From NCBI GenBank assembly GCA_044892525.1, contig CM097885.1, positions 32,738,001 to 32,802,000 of the forward strand: a stretch of 64,000 nt of DNA, given 5' to 3'. Each line of letters opens with the position of its first letter. The first letter of the stretch is position 1. Origin of the DNA: Schmidtea polychroa. Its lineage: Eukaryota. A program made the translations under genes and the position numbers. The notes under the pieces are model-generated. The model saw nothing but the letters and a program-made list of their open reading frames with translations, ran no database searches and was not told the DNA's origin. Of the stretch, positions 11,631 to 23,872 are shown in pieces.

Positions 11631-12596
11631 ATGATGGAAAATAAAGATATATTTGCAGATTCTAATGAAGATTTCTTCAAATACTTTGAAAAGACATTCG
11701 ATAAACATATGATGACTCCTGAATTACTGAAATGTGGATTCGAAGAAGCATTCTTGAAAACTCTTGCGAATGGAGCGAGGACTATGAAGCCATTCATCAT
11801 TTATATGCATGATTCTAATAACGACAATCATGAGATATTTTTCATGAAAAATGTTTGCAATGAAATCATTTGTGAATATCTTCTTGAAGAAAATTGGCCT
11901 ATTTGGCCTATAGATATTTCTGATATTAAAACAAAAAATGAATTTTTCAATTTAATTGATAGTCGATTATATACAAATAGAATGTTTTCATACAAATTAC
12001 CAATGTTGTTGATGTGTACCAAACAAGGAATATGTGAATTCATTCAAACATATATGTGTAGTGAGGATCCCATGATAATTGTTGGACAAATTTTCGATGC
12101 TGGGGGAGAATTCAAAATTGAAAAAGAATTGCAAATTTCAATTGCAAATTCTAGAAGAGATAAATCTCTTTTAATGAAAAAAAAGAAACAGGCTATATTA
12201 GAAAAAGAAAGAGAAAGTCAAATACTTCAACAAAATATCATGTTGGAAGAACAAAAAAGGATAGAAAGAGAAAATCAAAGATTGATCGAAGAATCAAATC
12301 GAAATAATCTTATTGAATTTGCAAAGAATCAAATTGTGGACGTTTCTCCTTCATCGAATAATTTCACGTTTAGAATACGTTTACCAAACCAACAGACAAT
12401 TGTGCGAGAATTCGGAGAATCACAAACTGTGAATGACTTACTCTACTTTATTGAATCGAATAATTATTTGAGATCGGAAGTCAAAGTTATGTTTTCTTAT
12501 CCGACCAGAAACATGTGCGAGATCGGTGACGTTTCGATCAAATTGAAAGATTCAGGAGCAAACAGACGAGAAGTCATCAACATTCTCAAGCTCTAG
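11631..12596 (+). CDS. FAF1/FAF2-like UAS-coiled-coil-UBX protein (p97/Cdc48 adaptor), intronless, no N-terminal UBA/UBL; copy 1
   Basis: UAS-like KPFIIYMH...VCNEIICEYL...WPIWPID; E/K/Q/R coiled coil; UBX FRIRLPN...VREF...TVNDL...YPTR. Confidence 0.9.
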   Translation: MMENKDIFADSNEDFFKYFEKTFDKHMMTPELLKCGFEEAFLKTLANGARTMKPFIIYMHDSNNDNHEIFFMKNVCNEIICEYLLEENWPIWPIDISDIKTKNEFFNLIDSRLYTNRMFSYKLPMLLMCTKQGICEFIQTYMCSEDPMIIVGQIFDAGGEFKIEKELQISIANSRRDKSLLMKKKKQAILEKERESQILQQNIMLEEQKRIERENQRLIEESNRNNLIEFAKNQIVDVSPSSNNFTFRIRLPNQQTIVREFGESQTVNDLLYFIESNNYLRSEVKVMFSYPTRNMCEIGDVSIKLKDSGANRREVINILKL

Positions 12597-13038
12597 TAAT
12601 GTTCATTTTCAATAATTGTTCGCAAATATTTTTCTTTGAAAGAAAAGCTTAACTATTATTCCCATTAATTAAGATTATAATTTATAAAACTTTACTTTTT
12701 CAAAATAATTTCCTTGAAATTTTGTTAATTTGTTATCATTAATTATGATTATAATTCAGTTTAAAATAAGTAGTTAGTGGCCTTGCTCCTTCTCTGGGGA
12801 AATCAGTGTCAATGTGTAACACTGATTATAGTGAGTGGGTATTATGGTCTTATGAGTACGGGGATATGAGCCCACTGGGCCAACTCCCCGGATGATTTTT
12901 GCTTTTTTCCTAAAAATTATTATTTTTATTTATTTTTAAAGAATTTTTATTTAATTTTTTATGTAAGTCAATCCAATTTAAAACAAAAAAAAAATATTAG
13001 AATAAAACAATATATTTTATAAAAACAATTTAAAACAA

Positions 13039-13368
13039 TTATTTACAAAACAATAATACAGTAATCAATACTCCGGTACCACATAATGTCAACTTTAAAA
13101 TATTGGTTAGAGTTTCTTCTGCTTTTCGTGCATCTTCATCGTTCTTGCGATGATCTTTTACCGTTTACCAATTTCCATTTTGATGAACCAATGAGCATAT
13201 TTTATTTCTAATAATCTAAAAATAATAATTAATATTATATAGATAATTGTTAAATCAATTACTTCGACTGACAATTTGAAATAATTCTGATAGAAAAAAT
13301 TGAGATTTGAAAGGAATCTGCTTCGTATACATTTAAGCCACTATGACGCATCTCCAGTTCATAACTGA
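13039..13368 (-). pseudogene. 3' half of Bcl-2-like gene B (truncated at tandem junction)
   Basis: Reverse complement of 32553-32881, with intron, WVHQNGNW motif and TM tail. Confidence 0.75.
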
Positions 13369-13394
13369 ATGATTTTCCGATTGCTGCGGAAAAG

Positions 13395-14468
13395 ATGTGC
13401 CCACCAAATTCTAAAGTTGAGAAGCTGATGCTCACGCATTGGCCGAAGAAGAACCATGTTCTTCATTGGCGACTTCTCAAGTTGTATATAGAATTGGGGG
13501 CTATTATTAAAAATGTACATAGAGCAATTATATTTAAGCATGCACCCATTTTTAAATCGTACATAGACAAAAACACTAATTTGAGAGCCAATTCTACATG
13601 CGAGCTGCAAAGAGATTTATATAAATTATTTAATAATAGTCTGTATGGGAAATCCGTGGAAAACCTTAAAAAACGGATGAATTTGAGGCTATGCAATTCA
13701 GCTGAAAAGATGATTGTATATGCTTCAAAACATACTTTCAGAAAATCTATCAAAATTGATGATGACTTGATAGCCGCCCATCTGGATAAAGATTCAATAT
13801 GTTTAGACAGGCCTAGCTATATTGGTCAAACAGTGTTAGATTTGTCTAAACTGAGGATGTATCAACTACAATATGTGGAATTGGCCAAGTACAGGTCTGA
13901 ATTTATTTGTGATATAAATATCGTTGCCGGTGACACTGACTCCTTTTTCTTAGAGATAAAGCATTGTAAGCTTGACACTCTTTTGCCGGCAATGATTCGT
14001 GACAATCTTTTAGATACTAGCAACTATGACCCAACACATCCCTTATACTTGAGAAACCTTGATTCTGTGATAAGGAAGTTTAAATGTGAAAGTAAAGGTC
14101 TCGGGTATAAGGAGTGGTTTTTCTTAAGACCCAAGTGCTATAGTTTGTTAGGGGCTAAAGATCATTTAAAAGCAAAGGGAGTCAAATTGATAGGGACAAA
14201 GATAGGGCACCAATCTTATTTAAACTGCTACAACAACAGCGTAGTATATACGGTGCCACAAACTAGAATAGGGACGCGTAACCACCAGCTTCTTACGTTT
14301 AAAAATACCAAGATTGCATTGTCAAACAACGATGACAAACGATTATGGGCGAGGAAAAATTTCAGTCTCGCATATGGACATTATTTAGGAGTCGATGTTC
14401 CAGATGTTGATCAAGTAATTTCAGAAATTCGTCTACTATTAGAAGGTCTAAGTCCAGATTTCAATTAG
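13395..14468 (+). pseudogene. polB: Protein-primed DNA polymerase B, C-terminal fragment (Polinton-type)
   Basis: Motifs KLFNNSLYGK, GDTDS, LRPKCY, KAKGV; lacks exonuclease and motif A because of the junction at 13365. Confidence 0.92.
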
Positions 14469-14574
14469 GCCAATGATGACAATGATATTGATATAGATGA
14501 CGTATTGTTATCGAATTGATCTGTGATTTAATATATCTTTTAATGTCTTAATTTATTATTATTTTTATGAAAAC

Positions 14575-14630
14575 TAATAATAATTTTGTATATCTCAGTA
14601 ATAATAATAATAATAATATAAATAATGATG

Positions 14631-14710
<80 letters not shown>

Positions 14711-14733
14711 TAATGATAATAATAATAGTAATT

Positions 14734-14810
<77 letters not shown>
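14575..14810. repeat. (AAT)n microsatellite (also ~23626-23870 and inverted ~38107-38440)
   Basis: AAT runs whose length varies among copies. Confidence 0.95.
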
Positions 14811-14812
<2 letters not shown>

Positions 14813-15102
14813 CCTTGCGAGTTGTTGAGTGTGACCAGTACCTTTGTGAGCAATACCCATAGGGGACAGAATATCTTGTAGGATAAACTCAGAGTATATA
14901 TAATAATAATCCCTGTGTTTCAAAGACCTTTATTTTCAAATAATAATATCTCTTGTCGGGAACTCTCGAATTTCAAATTAAAAAAAATGAACTTTACATT
15001 AAAAAATATGACCTTGAAAAGAATTTTAAAATTTTCCCCTAAAGGGGGGGGGGTTGTGATCCAGCGGAGTCCTGATCTAGCGGTGCCCTATCTATCTACT
15101 TA

Positions 15103-15168
15103 TTCGTAATGATAAAATAATAATAATAACAATAATAATAAAAAATAATAATATTAATATTAATAATG

Positions 15169-15207
<39 letters not shown>

Positions 15208-16657
15208 TTCGTAATGATAAAATAATAATAATAACAATTATAATAAAAAATAATAATATTAATATTAATAATGATAATAGTAATAATAATAATAAAAATA
15301 ATAATAATATTTCAACAATCAGTTATTAACAACCAGCTACTAATTATTTTTAACTAGGTGCTAACAAATAAATAACAAATACTTACAACATGATACCATG
15401 TAATAACTAACTCTCAACCAACCAAGTAAAAACAACCAAGTACTAACAACCAACTAAGTATTCTTTATTGTATTTTATCAAATGATTTTTAAATTAATTT
15501 TTTATCTGTCTTCAAAAATATTTTTAATTACAATCAGTAGAAAAACCTTAATTATTGACAAGAAGAGCTTTAAATTCAAGTCATTAATTAATTTTTTTGA
15601 TATTTATTATGAGTAATTTAAATTTTTACAATTATTTAATCAATCTTTACCAAGTTATTGATGCTTTGAGTTCAATTAATTTTTCATCCAATTTTTTCAA
15701 GTGAAGAGCATTTTCTTTTAAAGATCAATTTGTTAGTACATAGTTGTTGGTTGTAAGTACTTGGTATCTAGTTGAAAATACGTATTCGTAAGTTACTGGT
15801 TCGATGATACTAAGTTGTTGGTATCTAGTACTTGGTACGATGTTGTTAACTGATTGTAATTACATAGATGTAGGTTGATATTTGTTAATTTCTCGATGGG
15901 TTTTTACTTGGTTGTTAGTACATGGTACTTGGTATCTGGTTGTTAGTACATGGTAGCTAGTGAATTGGGTATGTGGGGGTTGAGTGTTACCAATACCCTT
16001 ACGACTAATACCATTACGACCAGTACTCTTATGACCAGTATCCTTAGGGGGTCAAAACATCCTGTCGGATAAACTCCGAGTATATATAATAAAATGAATC
16101 AATAATAACTATTTATTGAATGCAATTTTTACATTGCAATAATAGGTCAGTAGTAATCAATTAAAAGAAGAATGTTTTCTGAATAAAAATTAGAATTCAA
16201 TAGTTTTTAATTGTAATTTTATCTTCAATTCCGCGTAGTGTTTTAAAGTAGTTGAGTTGACAATTATTTATTTTTGATGAAAATCATCATTTTTGTTAAA
16301 TTTAGACATTTAGAAAAGGTTTTTCTACTGATTGTAATTAAAAATATTTTTGAAGACAGATAAAAAATTAATTTAAAAATCATTTGATAAAATACAATAA
16401 AGAATACTTAGTTGGTTGTTAGTACTTGGTTGTTTTTACTTGGTTGGTTGAGAGTTAGTTATTACATGGTATCATGTTGTAAGTATTTGTTATTTATTTG
16501 TTAGCACCTAGTTAAAAATAATTAGTAGCTAGTTGTTGATAACTGATTGTTGAAATATTATTATTATTTTTATTACTATTATTACTATTATCATTATTAA
16601 TATTAATATTATTATTTTTTATTATAATTGTTATTATTATTATTTTATCATTACGAA

Positions 16658-16690
<33 letters not shown>

Positions 16691-16779
16691 CATTATTATT
16701 ATTATTATTATTATTAGTATTTTTTCATTACAATTATAATTTTTATTATTGTTATTATTATTATTTTATCATTACGAAT
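15103..16779. repeat. Internal inverted repeat, ~450-bp arms (15103-15549 / 16316-16779); also ~24161-25836 and ~36236-37811
   Basis: TTCGTAATGATAAAA...TTACAATCAGTAGAAAAACCTT and its reverse complement flank a ~770-bp spacer. Confidence 0.92.
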
Positions 16780-19489
16780 ATTATTATTATCATTGAAATT
16801 TGCCTCTAAATTTATCTTTAAAAATTATTCCATAAAAATTATCTTAAAAATATTTTAATTCTCAAACACAAAAAAATTTAAAAATCTTACTTTAATTTAC
16901 TTATTACATTACTTTACTTATTTAAAAATTATTACTTTAATTTACTTATTTAACTTTAATTTAAAATTTTGAACCCAATAATTTACTTATTTAAAATTTT
17001 TAACTTTAATTTACTTATCTTTAATTTTCCTAATTATCCTTTATTACATAATTTTACACCATAATTTACTTAACAACCAAATATAATCCTTATTTTCATA
17101 TTTAACCAATAATTTCATGTGGTCATTGATTAATTGATGAAGATTTGCATCTAAAATTAACATTGAAAATCCCAGAAAAACTTTCATCTTAAATTGACTT
17201 TAATTTTAATATTTTAGATCATTGATTACTTAATTTAAAAATTAAACATTAATTTAAAAATTAAACCAATATTTTCATGAGGTCACCTGGTATTTAGTTG
17301 ACAGTGCTCAATATTATGTATCTTGAACTTGGTTGATAAATCTAAGTACCTGGTTGTTGTCGGTTGTAAGTACTTGATATCTGATACCTAGTTGCTGCTT
17401 GTTTTTGGTTGTTAGTACTTGGTATCTGGTAACTGGTTGTTAGTATCTAGTTATAGGTATCTGGTTGTAAATACATGTTCGTATATTACTGGTTGATGAC
17501 ACTAAGTTGTTGGTATCTTGTACTTGGTAGTTAGTATCTGATTGTTGGTTTGTTGTTGAATTATTATTATTAAATATAATTATTAAAATTTGACTTTGAA
17601 AAAATATTTCATAAAAATTTCTTTTTAAAATTCACTTTAAAAAATATTTCATTAAAATTTTTATTAAAAATTATCTTAAAAACTTATTTCATAAAAATTT
17701 TCATTAAAATTTATCTTAAAAAATTTTATTTCTCAGAAGCTGTTGGTTATTCAAACTTTTTGTTAAAAAATTTGAAAATCTTACTTTAATATACTCATTT
17801 AAAAATTATTACTTTAATTTACTTATTTAACTTTATTAAAAATTTTTGACCATTGGTTACTTAATTTTAAAATTTGAAAATTAATTAACTTTAATTTAAC
17901 TTTAACTTCCCATCTAATCCAATAAATAAAAAAAATACTGATCATTCAAGTTAATATAAATCAACTAAGATAATAAATTAATAAGAACTAGTAAATAAAT
18001 GGTTTAGATTGAATAAATTAATTGAAATAAATTAATTTAAACTATTTTTTAAGACACATGTATACTCAAGTTGATTGAGTGATTGATCAAATTATTCATT
18101 TACAATTATCAAATTTAACATTATCTTAGAAATAAATATCAAAAGAGACTGACTGATAACTAATGATAGCATCTAATAAATCAGTAAAATCTTTTAAATG
18201 ACAATAATTGGTATAAGCGAATTTTCCAGTAAAATCATCTAAAAGCATCAAATTTCCCTGAAATAAATCTAACTTTAAAGATTAGTTTTTATCGATAAAT
18301 ACCCTTAAAAGGTTATATATTTCCCTCAGACTAATAAGATTCCATAAAATCCCATTAAATGAATATAATTATATCTTTAATTCCTATTATCACACATATT
18401 TCACTAAAATCATCAAAAATCATTAACTCTAAACAATTTATAAAATCTAATGATAAAACTAGTTATAATTAAAAATAATTAAATTTTTGTTCTACTCGAA
18501 ATTAAAAAAAATTACATTTTCCCATCAAAACCCATCCCTCATTAAACCCAACCGACTAAATTCTCCCTTAACAAACATATATTCCCATCTTAACCGATTC
18601 CTCATTAAATCAAACCGACTATATCATCCTTAAAGATTCTAAATTCCCATCTAAACTGATCTCTCATTAAATATTTTTACTTTTAAACATCAATATACAT
18701 CCTTAATGTCCTTAAAGATTCCATCCACTTGAGCCCTTTAATATATCAATTCTCTAAAATCCATAGAAAATTCTTCAAAAATATGAATTTTATTTAATTG
18801 TTACAGACACCAAATATTCTTACATTGAAATAATTTAGTAGCTATGTAGTAAAAGACCAATATTATTATTACTTTAATTTTCTTATTTAACTTTTATTTT
18901 AAAATTTGAAACTTAATTAACTTTAATTTAATTTTTTAGAACCTTAATTTACTATAATTCAAATATTTTAGACCATTGATTACTTGAATTAACTTATTTA
19001 GACCATAATTAACTCATTTGAACCCATTGATTATTTTAATTCAATTATTAGACCCATCATTTACTTTAATTTAAAATTTGAACCTTAAATTACTTATTTG
19101 AGCCAATTCATTAGTTTAATTTTAAATCTTAGACCTTGATCTACTTTAATTTAATTTTTTAGACCATAATTTACTGTAATTCAAAAATTTACCATGCTTT
19201 TTAGTGTAGACCCCTCTTTTTGTATTGAAAATCCCAGGACCAAGGAGACCCCCTCACTATAGTCTGAATAATTCCATGCTTTTTTAGCGAGAACCCTTTT
19301 TTGTATTAAAATTCTTAGGTTCCGTCGAGAGCTCCTCACTATAGTCTGAAAAAAATTTATTTGTATTGAAAATCCCAGAAAAAAACATTGGAGCGTACGG
19401 CAGCAATTATGTAATCAAAAGTTGCAACAATTTTACCCCCCCCCCCCCCCCCTCCCGGTAATTGTTGCCGTAAACTCCTAACTACCTGC

Positions 19490-20010
19490 TTTAAAGTATT
19501 CAAAGTTTTGACAGCTTTAGCTAAAGAATCATTCACAAATCGATGAGAACCAATGAATTTTAAACTAATTTTCCCTAAATGAGCTATCAATGAAATAAAT
19601 TTTTCGGTTGTAATTGGAATACAACCTTAAGAACGGTTCTTAAATTTATTTAATCCATATTTAAGGATATGATGCATATCGTATCCTTTCAGGTTATGCA
19701 ATACAATAGGTGTAATTTTATATGTTTTTCTATTTACATTACACGTGCTACAAGAAGCACCCAAATATTCCCCTGTAAAATGATCATGATTTCTAACAGG
19801 ATCAACGATACTTTTCATACAAAGCTAGCAAAGAGTAGCACTATCATATTGCTGTTGCTCAATATTAGTCAAATTTTTAATAGGGTTCCTAATAATTTTA
19901 TAATAATAAGGTAGTACTTTATGTAAGGCAATATATCCTCTACAGCACTTAAACAATTTTCGACGCAATCTAAACCTATAAACTGCTGATAAGATTTAGA
20001 TCCATCGAAA
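19490..20010 (-). pseudogene. Fragment of a second, divergent protein-primed PolB (endonuclease VII insert + ExoII region)
   Basis: YQQFIGLDCV...VRNHDHFTGEYLGASCSTCN...LHNLKGYDMHHILKYG...TTEKFISLIA...SLAKAVKTL; homologous to but clearly different from the same region of ORF 39830-41521. Confidence 0.85.
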
Positions 20011-20681
20011 TTATTTAATTTAATTTTTTAATTTAAATTGTAATAAATTCAATAAAATATCTGATTTAACAATCACACAAAGATTGAATTCCTTACGACA
20101 GTTACATTATCTTCCTAAAGTTTCACAACTAGAGAAATCTGCCTTAGTGAATGGCGCAAAAATGTATTTTCATTCGCATAAAATAGACATATCTGTCGCT
20201 TTTCTATGCTATTGTTTATCATCAATCAACACGATTTAGTCCCTTTATACACAAGTTTTCTTTATAAAATCAACTCAATTTAATAATATAATTTCTGTTG
20301 TTACTTTGCTGTCAAAAATATTTATTTATTTATCAAACTGGATAATTAATTGTGTACTTTTTCAAAATTCATTAATTTGTATTTTTACGATTTCTCCTTT
20401 TAGGGTCCCCGATCAATTGGAAATTATTTGATACATGTTTGTTTTATTATGTGCAATCGATTTTCATTTCCCCCAAATTATATATTTATTGTTTTAATCG
20501 CAATTCAATCAATTAATTATTAATTAATTTACACAAATCTTACAAGTGTATAAAAGAGATATTAAGGAAATAAAATATAAAATACAAATATTTCATTCGA
20601 GTTAGAAATTTGCGGAATAATTATTAAATCATTAAATTTATTGTTTAAATTTCCATTTATTCTTCATTACCATAAGTTCAC

Positions 20682-21647
20682 ATGATGGAAAATAAAGATA
20701 TATTTGCAGATTCTAATGAAGATTTCTTCAAATACTTTGAAAAGACATTCGATAAACATATGATGACTCCTGAATTACTGAAATGTGGATTCGAAGAAGC
20801 ATTCTTGAAAACTCTTGCGAATGGAGCGAGGACTATGAAGCCATTCATCATTTATATGCATGATTCTAATAACGACAATCATGAGATATTTTTCATGAAA
20901 AATGTTTGCAATGAAATCATTTGTGAATATCTTCTTGAAGAAAATTGGCCTATTTGGCCTATAGATATTTCTGATATTAAAACAAAAAATGAATTTTTCA
21001 ATTTAATTGATAGTCGATTATATACAAATAGAATGTTTTCATACAAATTACCAATGTTGTTGATGTGTACCAAACAAGGAATATGTGAATTCATTCAAAC
21101 ATATATGTGTAGTGAGGATCCCATGATAATTGTTGGACAAATTTTCGATGCTGGGGGAGAATTCAAAATTGAAAAAGAATTGCAAATTTCAATTGCAAAT
21201 TCTAGAAGAGATAAATCTCTTTTAATGAAAAAAAAGAAACAGGCTATATTAGAAAAAGAAAGAGAAAGTCAAATACTTCAACAAAATATCATGTTGGAAG
21301 AACAAAAAAGGATAGAAAGAGAAAATCAAAGATTGATCGAAGAATCAAATCGAAATAATCTTATTGAATTTGCAAAGAATCAAATTGTGGACGTTTCTCC
21401 TTCATCGAATAATTTCACGTTTAGAATACGTTTACCAAACCAACAGACAATTGTGCGAGAATTCGGAGAATCACAAACTGTGAATGACTTACTCTACTTT
21501 ATTGAATCGAATAATTATTTGAGATCGGAAGTCAAAGTTATGTTTTCTTATCCGACCAGAAACATGTGCGAGATCGGTGACGTTTCGATCAAATTGAAAG
21601 ATTCAGGAGCAAACAGACGAGAAGTCATCAACATTCTCAAGCTCTAG
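20682..21647 (+). CDS. FAF1-like UAS-UBX protein, copy 2
   Basis: Protein identical to 11631-12596. Confidence 0.9.
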   Translation: MMENKDIFADSNEDFFKYFEKTFDKHMMTPELLKCGFEEAFLKTLANGARTMKPFIIYMHDSNNDNHEIFFMKNVCNEIICEYLLEENWPIWPIDISDIKTKNEFFNLIDSRLYTNRMFSYKLPMLLMCTKQGICEFIQTYMCSEDPMIIVGQIFDAGGEFKIEKELQISIANSRRDKSLLMKKKKQAILEKERESQILQQNIMLEEQKRIERENQRLIEESNRNNLIEFAKNQIVDVSPSSNNFTFRIRLPNQQTIVREFGESQTVNDLLYFIESNNYLRSEVKVMFSYPTRNMCEIGDVSIKLKDSGANRREVINILKL

Positions 21648-22089
21648 TAATGTTCATTTTCAATAATTGTTCGCAAATATTTTTCTTTGAAAGAAAAGCT
21701 TAACTATTATTCCCATTAATTAAGATTATAATTTATAAAACTTTACTTTTTCAAAATAATTTCCTTGAAATTTTGTTAATTTGTTATCATTAATTATGAT
21801 TATAATTCAGTTTAAAATAAGTAGTTAGTGGCCTTGCTCCTTCTCTGGGGAAATCAGTGTCAATGTGTAACACTGATTATAGTGAGTGGGTATTATGGTC
21901 TTATGAGTACGGGGATATGAGCCCACTGGGCCAACTCCCCGGATGATTTTTGCTTTTTTCCTAAAAATTATTATTTTTATTTATTTTTAAAGAATTTTTA
22001 TTTAATTTTTTATGTAAGTCAATCCAATTTAAAACAAAAAAAAAATATTAGAATAAAACAATATATTTTATAAAAACAATTTAAAACAA

Positions 22090-22419
22090 TTATTTACAAA
22101 ACAATAATACAGTAATCAATACTCCGGTACCACATAATGTCAACTTTAAAATATTGGTTAGAGTTTCTTCTGCTTTTCGTGCATCTTCATCGTTCTTGCG
22201 ATGATCTTTTACCGTTTACCAATTTCCATTTTGATGAACCAATGAGCATATTTTATTTCTAATAATCTAAAAATAATAATTAATATTATATAGATAATTG
22301 TTAAATCAATTACTTCGACTGACAATTTGAAATAATTCTGATAGAAAAAATTGAGATTTGAAAGGAATCTGCTTCGTATACATTTAAGCCACTATGACGC
22401 ATCTCCAGTTCATAACTGA
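22090..22419 (-). pseudogene. 3' half of Bcl-2-like gene B, unit 2
   Basis: Same as 13039-13368. Confidence 0.75.
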
Positions 22420-22445
22420 ATGATTTTCCGATTGCTGCGGAAAAG

Positions 22446-23519
22446 ATGTGCCCACCAAATTCTAAAGTTGAGAAGCTGATGCTCACGCATTGGCCGAAGA
22501 AGAACCATGTTCTTCATTGGCGACTTCTCAAGTTGTATATAGAATTGGGGGCTATTATTAAAAATGTACATAGAGCAATTATATTTAAGCATGCACCCAT
22601 TTTAAAATCGTACATAGACAAAAACACTAATTTGAGAGCCAATTCTACATGCGAGCTGCAAAGAGATTTATATAAATTATTTAATAATAGTCTGTATGGG
22701 AAATCCGTGGAAAACCTTAAAAAACGGATGAATTTGAGGCTATGCAATTCAGCTGAAAAGATGATTGTATATGCTTCAAAACATACTTTCAGAAAATATA
22801 TCAAAATTGATGATGACTTGATAGCCGCCCATCTGGATAAAGATTCAATATGTTTAGACAGGCCTAGCTATATTGGTCAAACAGTGTTAGATTTGTCTAA
22901 ACTGAGGATGTATCAACTACAATATGTGGAATTGGCCAAGTACAGGTCTGAATTTAATTGTGATATAAATATCGTTGCCGGTGACACTGACTCCTTTTTC
23001 TTAGAGATAAAGCATTGTAAGCTTGACACTCTTTTGCCGGCAATGATTCGTGACAATCTTTTAGATACTAGCAACTATGACCCAACACATCCCTTATACT
23101 CGAGAAACCTTGATTCTGTGATAAGGAAGTTTAAATGTGAAAGTAAAGGTCTCGGGTATAAGGAGTGGTTTTTCTTAAGACCCAAGTGCTATAGTTTGTT
23201 AGGGGCTAAAGATCATTTAAAAGCAAAGGGAGTCAAATTGATAGGGACAAAGATAGGGCACCAATCTTATTTAAACTGCTACAACAACAGCGTAGTATAT
23301 ACGGTGCCACAAACTAGAATAGGGACGCGTAACCACCAGCTTCTTACGTTTAAAAATACCAAGATTGCATTGTCAAACAACGATGACAAACGATTATGGG
23401 CGAGGAAAAATTTCAGTCTCGCATATGGACATTATTTAGGAGTCGATGTTCCAGATGTTGATCAAGTAATTTCAGAAATTCGTCTACTATTAGAAGGTCT
23501 AAGTCCAGATTTCAATTAG
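22446..23519 (+). pseudogene. polB: Protein-primed PolB C-terminal fragment, unit 2
   Basis: Same motifs as 13395-14468; four amino-acid differences (F/L, S/Y, I/N, L/S). Confidence 0.92.
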
Positions 23520-23681
23520 GCCAATGATGACAATGATATTGATATAGATGACGTATTGTTATCGAATTGATCTGTGATTTAATATATCTTTTAATGTCTT
23601 AATTTATTATTATTTTTATGAAAACTAATAATAATTTTGTATATCTCAGTAATAATAATAATAATAATATAAATAATGATG

Positions 23682-23758
<77 letters not shown>

Positions 23759-23781
23759 TAATGATAATAATAATAGTAATT

Positions 23782-23872
<91 letters not shown>

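Larger units (their letters stand above)
11149..20199 (+). repeat. ~9.05-kb tandem unit 1 (UBX gene, Bcl-2 B 3' half, PolB 3' half, AT-rich IR region, second PolB fragment)
   Basis: UBX ORF recurs at 11631, 20682 and 29720 (periods 9051 and 9038); intervening sequence is collinear. Confidence 0.97.
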
